Source of the DNA: an uncultured Clostridia bacterium
GTDB taxonomy: Bacteria; Bacillota; Clostridia; TANB77; CAG-508
Length of the DNA: 64,000 nt
NCBI GenBank assembly: GCA_947625545.1
Contig: CANQOW010000001.1
Coordinates: forward strand, 2,129-66,128
Reading direction: 5' to 3'
In this document: in pieces, positions 52,746 through 64,000 of the stretch
How positions within the stretch are numbered: position 1 is the stretch's first letter
Layout of the letters: each line of letters opens with the position of its first letter
Translations under genes and position numbers: made by a program
The notes under the pieces: model-generated
Databases searched by the model: none
The model's input: the letters and a program-made list of their open reading frames with translations, nothing else
Told to the model about the DNA's origin: nothing

Positions 52746-53703
52746 TAATGATTTAGTAAGTATTGTAGTTCCAATATACAATGTGGAAAAATACTTAAGT
52801 AGATGTATTGATTCAATATTGTTACAAGAGTATAAAAATATAGAAATTATATTAGTAGATGATGGTTCAACAGATAACTCAGGAAAAATATGTGATGATT
52901 ATACAAAAAAAGATAATAGAATAAAAGTTATACATAAAGAAAATGGAGGATTAAGTGATGCAAGAAACGTTGGAATGGAAAAAGCAATCGGCGAATATAT
53001 AGCTTTTATAGATTCTGACGATTACATAGGAAAAGATTACATATCTACCTTATATAATTTATGTATAACAAATAAAGCAGAAATTGCACAATGTTCATTT
53101 GAAAGAGTAACAGATAACCAAACTACCAATGAAATAAATGTAGAAAAAAAGATAGAAAATATGACAGGAATTGAAGCAATAAAAAATATTTTTAAAGAAA
53201 AATATTTAGAATATACTGTAGCATGGAACAAATTATATAAAAAAAGTTTATTTGAAAATATAAAATACCCAAAGGGAAAATTACATGAAGATGAAGCAAC
53301 AACATATAAACTTTTTTATGAAGCAAAGAAAGTATCTGTTACAAATGAAAAATTATATTATTATTACATAAGACCAAATAGTATAACAAATACAAAATTT
53401 ACATTAAAAAGACTAGATTATATAGAAGAATTAGAAGAACAATTAAATTTTTTTAATGATAGAAATGAAAAAGAAATATATTTAGAAGTATATTATAGGT
53501 ATTCAAGAAGCCTTTTACTATTTTATTTAAAATGTAAAACAATAGAAAATTCAGAACAAATACAAAATGAATTATATAATAAATATAAAGAAAGTGTAAA
53601 ATATTTAAAAAGTAAGAAAGAAATTAACTTTAAAAGAAAATTAATATTACAATTTGGACTTACATTTCCAAAATTGTATAAAAGAATATTTATAAAAGAC
53701 TAA
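52732..53703 (+). CDS. GT2 glycosyltransferase
   Basis: VSIVVPIYNVEKYL...DDGSTDNS...DSDD motifs. Confidence 0.9.
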   Translation: MKTNNNDLVSIVVPIYNVEKYLSRCIDSILLQEYKNIEIILVDDGSTDNSGKICDDYTKKDNRIKVIHKENGGLSDARNVGMEKAIGEYIAFIDSDDYIGKDYISTLYNLCITNKAEIAQCSFERVTDNQTTNEINVEKKIENMTGIEAIKNIFKEKYLEYTVAWNKLYKKSLFENIKYPKGKLHEDEATTYKLFYEAKKVSVTNEKLYYYYIRPNSITNTKFTLKRLDYIEELEEQLNFFNDRNEKEIYLEVYYRYSRSLLLFYLKCKTIENSEQIQNELYNKYKESVKYLKSKKEINFKRKLILQFGLTFPKLYKRIFIKD

Positions 53704-53722
53704 ACTACAAACGGAGGAATGA

Positions 53723-55270
53723 ATGGAAGACAAAAAAAGATTTGCCATAAATATGGTAGCAACTATTGTAGCATTTGTTGTAAATTTAGGAATAAACTTT
53801 ATTTTATCTCCATATATAATTGAAAATGTTGGTGTAGATGCTTATGGTTTTGTATCACTTGCAAATAATTTTGTAACTTATGCATCACTAATAACTATAG
53901 CATTAAATTCAATGGCAGGAAGATTTATAACAATAGAAATACATAGAAATAACATAAAAGAAGCAAATAAATATTTTAATTCGGTTTTAGTAGGAAATTT
54001 AATAATTTCTTTAATATTGTTAATACCTACAATAATTATGGTATTCTTTTTAGATAAAATAATAAGTATACCAAACGAAATAATGTTAGATACAAAAATA
54101 TTATTTGGACTAGTATTTTTTAATTTTGCATTAAGTATTATAAATACAACATATTCAGTAGCAACATTTGTAAGAAATAGATTAGATTTATCTTCAAGAA
54201 GAAATATAGAATCATATATAATTAAAGCAGTAATATTATTAATTTTATTTACAGTATTTTCACCAAAAATATCTTATGTAGGTATTGCCTCATGTGTAGT
54301 AAGTATTTATTTAATATTATGCAATATAAAATATACAAAAAAACTTTTACCAGAAATAAAAGTAAGTATTAAAGAATTTGAAATAAAAAAAATATTAACA
54401 ATAGTAAAATCAGGAATATGGAATACAGTAACAAAATTAGGACAAATATTATCTGATGGATTAGATTTATTAATATGTAATATATGGATAGATTCAGAAG
54501 CAATGGGACAACTTTCAGTAGCAAAAACAATAAGTGCAGTAATTTCTAATTTATTAGCAACGGTATGTTCTATATTCCAACCAAATTTAACAATATATTA
54601 TGCTAAAAATAAAATAAATGAACTTGTAAAAGAATTAAAAATGTCTATGCAAGTAACAGGACTATTTGCAAATATACCATTAAGTTATTTAATTGTATTT
54701 GGCAGTATATTCTATACAGCATGGGTTCCAAGCCAAAACATAGAACTTATACAAATTTTAACAATATTAACAGTGCAAGGAGAAATAATTTCAGGTGTAA
54801 TAACGCCAATGTATAATATATATACAGTTACTAACAATGTAAAGGTGGATGCAATAATAAGACTAGTACTAGGTTTTGTAAATGTTGCAATAGTATTTTT
54901 ATTAATAAAATTTACAAATTTAGGAATATATGCAGTTGCAGCAACAAGTATAATTATAGGAACACTCATAAATGTAACATTTGTACCAATATATGTAGCA
55001 AAAAAATGTTTAAATGTAAAGTGGAATACATTTTATCCAATAATATTAAAATATATTGCAACATCAATAACAATTATAGCAATATTATACATGATTAAAA
55101 TATTTATAGATTCATACAATATGACATATAACTGGTATTTAGTAATAATAACTGCATTTATAACAGGAATAATAGGACTAGCCATAAATTATTTATTATT
55201 GTTTAATAAAGAAGAAAAAAGTCAACTTAAAAATGTAATTATAAAAGTAATAAAAAGAGAAAGGGCGTAG
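53723..55270 (+). CDS. Wzx-type flippase (MOP superfamily)
   Basis: 515 aa, ~14 TM, flippase-like topology. Confidence 0.7.
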   Translation: MEDKKRFAINMVATIVAFVVNLGINFILSPYIIENVGVDAYGFVSLANNFVTYASLITIALNSMAGRFITIEIHRNNIKEANKYFNSVLVGNLIISLILLIPTIIMVFFLDKIISIPNEIMLDTKILFGLVFFNFALSIINTTYSVATFVRNRLDLSSRRNIESYIIKAVILLILFTVFSPKISYVGIASCVVSIYLILCNIKYTKKLLPEIKVSIKEFEIKKILTIVKSGIWNTVTKLGQILSDGLDLLICNIWIDSEAMGQLSVAKTISAVISNLLATVCSIFQPNLTIYYAKNKINELVKELKMSMQVTGLFANIPLSYLIVFGSIFYTAWVPSQNIELIQILTILTVQGEIISGVITPMYNIYTVTNNVKVDAIIRLVLGFVNVAIVFLLIKFTNLGIYAVAATSIIIGTLINVTFVPIYVAKKCLNVKWNTFYPIILKYIATSITIIAILYMIKIFIDSYNMTYNWYLVIITAFITGIIGLAINYLLLFNKEEKSQLKNVIIKVIKRERA

Positions 55271-55275
55271 GAATA

Positions 55276-56475
55276 ATGAAAAAGATTTGTATCATACTAC
55301 CAGAAGAATTTCCTGTACCAGCAACAAAAGGCGGAGCAGTAGAAACTTTAGTAAACAGTATAATTGACGAAAATGAAAAAGAAAAGAAAATAGAAATTAC
55401 TTGTGTTACAAGATATGAAAAAAAAGCATACGAAAAAAGTAAAAAATATAAACATACAAAATTTGTATTTTTTAGAATGTATCCTAATAAAAAAATAATT
55501 AGATTTGGAATAAGAGTTATAAATAATTTTTTATTAAAAATAACAAAAATTAATATAAAAAATACTATACATAGTAAAAGATTATACAAAAAAATAAAAA
55601 ATGAAGAATTTGATTATATATTAATAGAAGGAGGAGATTTATTAAGTTATAATAAACTCTTAGAAAATTATGAAAAGAAAAAAAGAATAGTACATTTTCA
55701 TGGAGGCAATGCAGTAGGAACAGAAGAATATAATGAAATATTTCAAAATTTTATAGTATTAAATAATTTTATGTTAAATCAATTTATTGAAAATAAAATT
55801 ATAGCAAAAGAAAGAGTACATATATTAAAAAATGGAATTGATGTAAAAAGATTTTCAAAAGAATTAACAAATGAAGAAAAAGACAATTTAAGAAAGAGTT
55901 ATGGAATAAAAAAAGATGATATAGTAATAATTTATTGTGGAAGATTAATGAAAGAAAAAGGTGTTAAAGAGTTAATTTTAGCAATAAAACAACTAAAAAA
56001 CAAAGATAAAGTAAAATTATTAATTGTTGGAAGTTCAAATTTTGGAAACAAAAATAAAACAAAATATGAAGAGGAAATAGTAGAAATTTCAAAAGACATT
56101 AAGGAAAATATAATATTTACAGGCTTTATTCATAATGAAGATATGTATAAAATATATAAAATGGCAGATATAGCAGTAGTACCATCTTTATGGGAAGATG
56201 CTTCACCATTAGTTGTTGTAGAACAAATGGCAAGTGGATTACCTATTGTTTCAACAGTATCTGGTGGAATACCAGAATTAGTAGAAGACAATGCTCTTTT
56301 AGTTGAAAGAGATGAAAAAATAGTTAATAATCTAGCAAAAAATATTGATTACCTAATAGAAAACCCAGATAAAAGAAATGAAATGAGTGCAAAAGGGAAA
56401 ATTTTAAGTGAAAAATTATCAGTAGAAAATTTTTATAAAAATTTTGTAGAATTATTTGAAAAATTAGATAAATAA
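55276..56475 (+). CDS. GT4 glycosyltransferase
   Basis: GT-B; WEDASPLVVVEQMASGLPIVST motif. Confidence 0.85.
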   Translation: MKKICIILPEEFPVPATKGGAVETLVNSIIDENEKEKKIEITCVTRYEKKAYEKSKKYKHTKFVFFRMYPNKKIIRFGIRVINNFLLKITKINIKNTIHSKRLYKKIKNEEFDYILIEGGDLLSYNKLLENYEKKKRIVHFHGGNAVGTEEYNEIFQNFIVLNNFMLNQFIENKIIAKERVHILKNGIDVKRFSKELTNEEKDNLRKSYGIKKDDIVIIYCGRLMKEKGVKELILAIKQLKNKDKVKLLIVGSSNFGNKNKTKYEEEIVEISKDIKENIIFTGFIHNEDMYKIYKMADIAVVPSLWEDASPLVVVEQMASGLPIVSTVSGGIPELVEDNALLVERDEKIVNNLAKNIDYLIENPDKRNEMSAKGKILSEKLSVENFYKNFVELFEKLDK

Positions 56476-56485
56476 AGGTGAAAGT

Positions 56486-57619
56486 ATGAAAAAAATTACA
56501 CTATTACTACTACATATGCAACATGGTGGAATAGAAAAACAGACAATAACATTTGCAAATGAATTAATAAAAAGGTATAATGTAGAAATAATATCTGTTT
56601 ATAGTATGAAAAAAGATCCTGCATATAAGGTAAATGAAAAAGTAAAAATAACATATTTAATTGATGACGCTCCAAATAGAAATGAATTAAAAACTGCAAT
56701 AAAAAGCAAAAATGTAATAAACATAATAAAACAAGGAATTAAAGCAATTAAAATATTATACTTAAAAAAACATCTTATGATAAAGAAAATAAAAAATATA
56801 AATACAGATATAGTGTTTTCTACAAGAATTGAATTTGCTAAATTACTTTCAAAGTATTGTAGTAATAACATAATAAAAATAACTCAAGAACACGTAAACA
56901 ATGAAAGTGAAAAATATATAAAAAAAGTAAAAAAATCTTTTAAAAATATAGATTATCTAGCATTATTAGGACCAGGTTCAACAAAAAATTATAGTAAATG
57001 GTTAGAGGATAATAAAAAAATGAAACTAATAGAAATTCCAAATATATTAGAAAATATACCTGAAAAATCTTCTAAATTAGAAGGAAATAACTTAATAGCA
57101 GTAGGAAGATTACATCCTGAAAAAGATTTTTCTACATTAATTGATGTATTTAACTTAGTACATAAAAAAATACAAAATTCAACATTAACAATAGTCGGTG
57201 GTGGAGATGAATTTAATAATCTACAAGAAAAAATAACTAAACTAGATTTAAAAAACAGTATAAAAATAACAGGAATGGTTGATGCAAATGTAGTTCAAGA
57301 AAAAATGTTAGAATCTGATATTTATGTTATGACATCAGTTTCAGAATGTTTTCCAATGGTATTATTAGAAGCATCATCTTGTGGTTTACCTTTAATTTCT
57401 TTTGATGTTCCTGTTGGACCAAGAGCAATTATAGAAAACAACGAAAATGGCTATTTAATACAAAATAGAGATATTAATGAAATGTCAAATAAAATAATAG
57501 AATTATTAGAAAATAGGGATAAATTAAAAGAACTAGGAATTAAATCAAAAGAAATGTCAAAAAAATATTTAAGTACAAATATAATGAACAAATGGTATGA
57601 ATTTTTTGATAATTTATAA
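56486..57619 (+). CDS. GT4 glycosyltransferase
   Basis: GT-B; SECFPMVLLEASSCGLPLISFD motif. Confidence 0.85.
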   Translation: MKKITLLLLHMQHGGIEKQTITFANELIKRYNVEIISVYSMKKDPAYKVNEKVKITYLIDDAPNRNELKTAIKSKNVINIIKQGIKAIKILYLKKHLMIKKIKNINTDIVFSTRIEFAKLLSKYCSNNIIKITQEHVNNESEKYIKKVKKSFKNIDYLALLGPGSTKNYSKWLEDNKKMKLIEIPNILENIPEKSSKLEGNNLIAVGRLHPEKDFSTLIDVFNLVHKKIQNSTLTIVGGGDEFNNLQEKITKLDLKNSIKITGMVDANVVQEKMLESDIYVMTSVSECFPMVLLEASSCGLPLISFDVPVGPRAIIENNENGYLIQNRDINEMSNKIIELLENRDKLKELGIKSKEMSKKYLSTNIMNKWYEFFDNL

Positions 57620-57632
57620 TGGAGGATTATAT

Positions 57633-58496
57633 ATGATAACTGTTTTTACACCAACATACAATAGAGAAAAAGAATTAAATAGACTATATAATTCATTATT
57701 GAACCAAAATTATGATGATTTTGAATGGCTTGTAGTTGATGATGGTTCAACAGATAATACAGAAGAATTAATAAAAAAATTTAAAGAAGAAAACAAAATA
57801 CAAATTAATTATTATAAAGTAGAAAATGGTGGTAAATCAAAAGCATTTAATTATGCGGTGGAAAAAGCAAAAGGAGAATGTTTTTTTTGTATAGATTCAG
57901 ATGATTATTTAATAGACAATATTTTATTAAAAGTAAATGAATTATTTAATACAATAAAAAATAATGAAAGCATTGCAGGTCTAGGTTTTTTAGTAAAAAA
58001 ACATGGAACAGATGAAATTGTTGGAACGAACTTTCCAAAAGAGAAAATGATAGATACATATACAAATATTTATCATAAATATAAAGTTCAAGGAGATAAG
58101 CAGTTAATATTTAAAACAAATATACTAAAAGAATTTCCATTTCCAATAATAAATAAAGAAAAATTTGTTCCAGAAGCACTTGTTTTTAATAGAATATCTA
58201 AAAAATATGACATGTTGTTTATTAATATACCATCAACATATAAAGAATATATGGATAATGGATATTCAGCAAATTATTTTAATTTAGTTAAGAAAAACCC
58301 AAATGGAAATATGTTGTATTTAAAAGAACTCTATGAAATAGAACCAACATTATATAATGTAGCAGCATACGATTTATTTGGAATATATTCAAAAACAAAA
58401 TTTAAAGATATTGTAAAAAATCATCCATCAAAAATAAAAGCATTTTTAATGTATATACCAGCATGTATAAAATACATACAAAAGGAGAGAAAATAA
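57633..58496 (+). CDS. GT2 glycosyltransferase
   Basis: VFTPTYNRE...VVDDGSTDNT...DSDD. ATG at 57633 has an RBS; the track's 57597 start overlaps the upstream gene. Confidence 0.85.
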   Translation: MITVFTPTYNREKELNRLYNSLLNQNYDDFEWLVVDDGSTDNTEELIKKFKEENKIQINYYKVENGGKSKAFNYAVEKAKGECFFCIDSDDYLIDNILLKVNELFNTIKNNESIAGLGFLVKKHGTDEIVGTNFPKEKMIDTYTNIYHKYKVQGDKQLIFKTNILKEFPFPIINKEKFVPEALVFNRISKKYDMLFINIPSTYKEYMDNGYSANYFNLVKKNPNGNMLYLKELYEIEPTLYNVAAYDLFGIYSKTKFKDIVKNHPSKIKAFLMYIPACIKYIQKERK

Positions 58497-59572
58497 TGAA
58501 AAAAATAATTATTTTTGGGTATACTTTAGAAGTTGGTGGAGCAGAAAAAGTATTAGTAGATTATATAAAAACATTGAATGAAAAATATGAAATAGATTTA
58601 GTATTATTACAAAAAAAAGGTGAGTTTTTAAAAGATTTACCTAAAAGCATACAAGTAACCGAATTAAGAAAAAATATATTTAGTTATATACTATTTAGAT
58701 TTATTTCATTTTTTAGAAAAAGGAAAATTAATAAAATAGTAAATAAAAAAGATTATGATGTAGCAATAGGTTTTCTAGAAGGAAGAAGTGCTACATGGGT
58801 TGCAGATATAAAGAAATCTATTAGAAAATTAGCGTGGATACATAATGATGTAAATAAATTTGATATTGGTATATCTGAAAAAGAAATAAAAGATTCATAT
58901 TCAAAATTAGATAAAATTATTACAGTATCAGAAGTAGCAAAAGAATCATTTTGTGAAAAATATGGTTTTGATAAAGAAAAAGTAGAAGTATTATATAATT
59001 TAATAGATGAAAAAGATATAATAGAAAAATCAAAAGAAAAAGTACCTGCAAATGAAGTATTTACCTTTGTAAATGTAGGAAAAATGAGACCACAAAAAAG
59101 GCAAGATAGATTAGTAGAAATTGCTAAAAAATTAAAAGAAGAAAACTATAAATTTAAAATACAAATAATAGGAAATGGACCAGAAGAAGAAAAAATAAAA
59201 GAATTAATAAAAAAATATAATGTTGATGATGTAGTTGAATTGCTAGGTTTAAGAACGAATCCATATCCATACATAAAACAAGCAAATTGTGTTGTAGTAT
59301 CTAGTGATTTTGAAGGGTATAGTGTAGCAATAAAAGAGGCATTATTATTAAAAAAAGTTATTATATCAACAAATGTATGTGGAGTATCTGAACTATTTGA
59401 AAATGGAAAATATGGAATTGTAACTAAAATTTCAACAGAAGATTTATTAGATAAAATGAAAAATGTATTAGATGGAAAAATTGATACAAAAACAATAGAA
59501 GATAACTTAAATACTTTTGAAAGTGGCAATAATGAAATTATAGAAAAACTTATAAAATTAATTGAAGGGTAG
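58497..59572 (+). CDS. GT4 glycosyltransferase
   Basis: GT-B fold. ATG at 58497 has an AAGGAG RBS. Confidence 0.8.
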
Positions 59573-59578
59573 ATTAAA

Positions 59579-61777
59579 ATGAAAAATATTATAAAAAAAT
59601 TTCAAGAAAAATTTAATGTAGAAATTATAACAAAAATAGTATTAATATATATATTATTACAACCAGTATTTGATATACTATCATTTTTATATGTAAGAAA
59701 TTATATACCAATAGGAATATCAACAGTTTTAAAACCATTATTTGTATTTGGGATAGGAATATATATTTTTTTAACAAACAAAAAGCAAAGAAAAAAATAT
59801 ATGGCAATTTATGTTATATATGGTATATTAATGATTGTACATAGTTTAATATTAAAAGATATATTTGTTGCAAATTCTGTTATATTACATGAAATTAGAT
59901 TTATGATAAACATTGCGTATATGCTAGTTTTATTTATGATTTTAGAATATATGTATCAAAATAATACAAATAAACAAGAATTTATAAAAAAATTGAAGAA
60001 AACTGTAGTTATAACATTTTTAATATATTGTATAACAATAATAATTGCAATACTTACAGGAACATCAGGAAAAACTTACGAATATGCAGATGCTTCAAAA
60101 GCAGGATTTAAAGGTTGGTTAGATTCAGGCCAAATATTTGGACACGCATTATCAATTACATTACCATTTTTAATATATTACTTATTAAATATAAAAACCA
60201 AACATAAAGTAATTAATATATTAAGTAAAATAAGTATTGTTATACCAATAATAATTTTATTATTAATTGGAACAAAAGTAACATACTTTATTGCATTAAT
60301 AGTTTTAGCATCACACTTTGTTATAGATTTAATATATTTTATAAAAGATAAAGAAAAGAATAACTTAATTTCGAGTTTAATTTGTTTAGTAGTATTAATT
60401 GCATCTTTATTAAGTTATAATTATTTACCTGTAAAGAAAAATATAGATATAAATAATAATGTGTTATCAGTAGATATGTCTGCTAGTGCTAATGGAAGTG
60501 AAACAAATAGAGAAGACTTATTAAAATTACAACAAGAAATTAATTTATCTGAACAAAATTCAAATAAATCACAATGGGAACAAGCAAGACTAAAAAGAGT
60601 AAAGAACTATTATAATTGGGACTTAGAATCTTCAAAATTATTAGAACAACAATATGCAACTGGTAAAGTACATCCAGCAGATACAAGAACAAGACAATTA
60701 GTATATAATTTTAATAAATATAAATTATCAAGTATACAATATAAATTATTTGGATTAGGTTATTTAAATCAACCAACTTCATTATCAATAGAAAGAGATA
60801 TATTAATGATAATATTTAATTTTGGTATTATAGGATTTTTAGTAATTTTATTAAAACCAATATTAATATGGATAAAATCTGCTTTTATAATATTAAAAAA
60901 TCATTTTCATACTGAATTAGATACTTTATATTTATTTGAAGGATTTTCAATATTTTTCTGTATTAGTGTATATGCAGGATACACATTTATATATACAAAC
61001 TTTTCAATATTTTTAGTTATAATTATCTTATTGCTAAGAGATAGTTTAAATAAATATAGTGATAAGAATCTAGATAAATATTTTAAAAAAATATATACAA
61101 AAAATAAAGATAGTTTTTATGAAGAAATAGAACAAGATTTAACAAATAATAAAAAGAATTTTATAATAACAGCAAACCCTGAAACTATTATGCAAGCAGA
61201 AAAAAATGAAGAATTAGAAAAAGCATATTTAGATAAAGAAACTACTGTAGTAGCAGATGGTATAGGAATAGTAAAAGGAGCGAAAAAACTAAAATATAAT
61301 ATAAATGAAACAATACCAGGAGTTGAAATTGCAGTTAAACTTTTAGAATTAGGAGATAAATATAAGAAAAAAGTATTCTTGTTTGGAGCAAAAAAAGAAG
61401 TTATTGAAGCAATGAAAAATATTATAAAAGAAAAATATTCAAATTGTGAAATAGTAGGAGCAGTAGATGGATATGTAGAAGATAAAGATTTAGTTTTTGA
61501 AGAAATGCAAAAAGTAGGTCCAGATATTGTGCTAGTTGCATTAGGCATACCAAAACAAGAAACATTAATATATAAAAATCTAAATAAGTTTGAAAAAGGA
61601 ATATTTGTTGGTATAGGTGGAAGTTTTGATGTAATTTCTGGTATGAAAAAAAGAGCACCTAAAATATTTATAAAATTAAAATTAGAATGGTTATATAGAA
61701 TTTTAAAAGAGCCAAAAAGATTAAAAAGATTTTATCAAAGTCATATAAAATATTTATTTAAAATTTATGAAATTTGA
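59579..61777 (+). CDS. fusion protein: N-terminal polytopic O-antigen-ligase/Wzy-like membrane domain + C-terminal WecG/TagA (GT26) glycosyltransferase
   Basis: ~500 aa with >10 TM helices, then a GT26-type domain (ITANPETIM...LFGAKKEV...PDIVLVALGIPKQE...GIGGSFDVISG). Confidence 0.7.
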   Translation: MKNIIKKFQEKFNVEIITKIVLIYILLQPVFDILSFLYVRNYIPIGISTVLKPLFVFGIGIYIFLTNKKQRKKYMAIYVIYGILMIVHSLILKDIFVANSVILHEIRFMINIAYMLVLFMILEYMYQNNTNKQEFIKKLKKTVVITFLIYCITIIIAILTGTSGKTYEYADASKAGFKGWLDSGQIFGHALSITLPFLIYYLLNIKTKHKVINILSKISIVIPIIILLLIGTKVTYFIALIVLASHFVIDLIYFIKDKEKNNLISSLICLVVLIASLLSYNYLPVKKNIDINNNVLSVDMSASANGSETNREDLLKLQQEINLSEQNSNKSQWEQARLKRVKNYYNWDLESSKLLEQQYATGKVHPADTRTRQLVYNFNKYKLSSIQYKLFGLGYLNQPTSLSIERDILMIIFNFGIIGFLVILLKPILIWIKSAFIILKNHFHTELDTLYLFEGFSIFFCISVYAGYTFIYTNFSIFLVIIILLLRDSLNKYSDKNLDKYFKKIYTKNKDSFYEEIEQDLTNNKKNFIITANPETIMQAEKNEELEKAYLDKETTVVADGIGIVKGAKKLKYNINETIPGVEIAVKLLELGDKYKKKVFLFGAKKEVIEAMKNIIKEKYSNCEIVGAVDGYVEDKDLVFEEMQKVGPDIVLVALGIPKQETLIYKNLNKFEKGIFVGIGGSFDVISGMKKRAPKIFIKLKLEWLYRILKEPKRLKRFYQSHIKYLFKIYEI

Positions 61778-61795
61778 AAAATGGAGGAAAAATAA

Positions 61796-62899
61796 ATGAT
61801 AAAAGTAATGACAATATTTGGAACAAGACCTGAAGCAATAAAAATGGCACCATTAGTAAAAGAATTAAAATCAAGGAGTGAAATTGAATGTTGTGTATGT
61901 GTAACAGCACAACACAGAGAAATGTTAGACCAAGTGTTAAAAGCATTTGATATAACACCAAATTATGACTTAAATATAATGCAACAAAATCAAACATTAA
62001 GTGATATAACATCTAAAGCATTGCAAGGTTTAGAAAAAATTATACAAGAATATAAACCAAATATAGTATTAGTACACGGAGATACAACTTCAACATTTGC
62101 AGGAGCCTTAGCAGCATATTATTGTCATACAGATATAGGACATGTTGAAGCAGGTTTAAGAACATGGAATAAATATTCTCCATTTCCAGAAGAAATGAAT
62201 AGACAAATGGTTGGAGTATTAGCAGATATGCATTTTGCACCTACTGAAAACAGTAAAAAATCATTACTTTTAGAAGGAAAAAAGGAAGAAAATATATTTG
62301 TTACAGGAAATACAGCAATAGATGCATTAAAAACAACTGTAAATCTAAATTATAAACATGAGATATTAGATTGGGTAGGTAATAATAAATTAATCTTAAT
62401 TACAGCACATAGGAGAGAAAATTTAGGAGAACCTATGAGAAATATGTTTAAAGCAATTAAAAGAATTATAGATGAATTTCCAAATGTAAAAGCAGTATAT
62501 CCTGTTCACTTAAATCCAAAAGTTAGAGAAATTGCAAATGAAATACTAGGAAATGATGATAAAATAAAATTAATAGAGCCATTAGAGGTAATAGATTTTC
62601 ATAATTTTATAAATAAATCATATTTAATATTAACAGATAGTGGTGGAATACAAGAAGAAGCACCTTCATTAGGAAAACCTGTATTAGTATTAAGAGACAC
62701 CACAGAAAGACCAGAAGGAATAGAAGCGGGAACTTTAAAATTAGCGGGAACTGATGAAGAAACAATTTATAAATTAACAAAAGAATTACTTGAAAATGAA
62801 GAAGAATATCAAAAAATGAGTAAAGCATCAAATCCATATGGAGATGGAAATGCAAGTAAAAGAATTGCAGATGCAATATTAAAAAAATATTTAAAATAA
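61796..62899 (+). CDS. wecB: UDP-N-acetylglucosamine 2-epimerase (non-hydrolysing)
   Basis: MTIFGTRPEAIKMAPL and HVEAGLRT motifs, 367 aa. Confidence 0.9.
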   Translation: MIKVMTIFGTRPEAIKMAPLVKELKSRSEIECCVCVTAQHREMLDQVLKAFDITPNYDLNIMQQNQTLSDITSKALQGLEKIIQEYKPNIVLVHGDTTSTFAGALAAYYCHTDIGHVEAGLRTWNKYSPFPEEMNRQMVGVLADMHFAPTENSKKSLLLEGKKEENIFVTGNTAIDALKTTVNLNYKHEILDWVGNNKLILITAHRRENLGEPMRNMFKAIKRIIDEFPNVKAVYPVHLNPKVREIANEILGNDDKIKLIEPLEVIDFHNFINKSYLILTDSGGIQEEAPSLGKPVLVLRDTTERPEGIEAGTLKLAGTDEETIYKLTKELLENEEEYQKMSKASNPYGDGNASKRIADAILKKYLK

Positions 62900-62984
62900 A
62901 AATTATAAAAAACACTTGAAAATTAATTAATTTTGATATAGAATTATATCTGCTAGAAATGGCAATAATAATTAAAGATACTAA

Positions 62985-64000
<1,016 letters not shown>

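Overview
AT-rich (roughly 25-28% GC) chromosomal segment from a low-GC Gram-positive, Clostridia-like organism. Housekeeping genes bound it: ftsY at 2571-3476 and a eukaryotic-type gap at 63012 to the window end. Nearly everything between them is + strand cell-envelope glycopolymer machinery.

Main contents, in order:
- A UPF0182 membrane protein, an LCP (LytR-CpsA-Psr) ligase, and a sortase B with an adjacent beta-helix substrate carrying a TPKTG sorting signal.
- A ~30 kb Wzx/Wzy-type polysaccharide locus (13926-44242). It opens with a pgl-like cassette (PglF/PglE/PglD/PglC homologues) that has a thiolase and a 3-hydroxyacyl-CoA dehydrogenase inserted. It continues with Ugd, a 4-epimerase, two TupA-like ATP-grasp enzymes, a Wzy/EpsG polymerase, a Wzx flippase, many GT2/GT4 transferases, a CapA-like protein, and a beta-helix/LRR/dockerin-like surface protein.
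- The locus ends with what I consider the most interesting module: an acyltransferase-3 gene; a FkbH-like HAD-IIIC loader, acyl carrier protein, MBOAT (DltB/AlgI-like) and DltD-like partner; then a MaoC hotdog dehydratase and an SDR reductase. It resembles a Dlt-type pathway, ACP-dependent and trans-membrane, but not for D-alanine. It is wired to three homologous start-codon modules that contain long (AC)n/(CA)n dinucleotide tracts, which are phase-variation candidates.
- A second, teichoic-acid-like Wzx-type locus (51638-62899): frameshifted TagO/WecA, GT2/GT4 transferases, a flippase, a ligase/polymerase-TagA fusion, and MnaA.
- Four paralogous DUF4143 AAA ATPases are scattered through the region. 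Three have their own upstream tandem direct-repeat array and the fourth has an upstream palindrome.
- Also present: an MNT/HepT toxin-antitoxin pair next to VanZ, a second sortase with an LAYTG substrate, a polysaccharide deacetylase, a frameshifted AlbA_2/HATPase_c_4 regulator, a 33-bp perfect repeat present twice, and several strong hairpins, terminators and palindromes.

No tRNA, rRNA, CRISPR, integrase or transposase was seen. Coordinates for the repeats and hairpins were hand-counted and could be off by a few bp. All family assignments come from motifs read by eye and need HMM confirmation.
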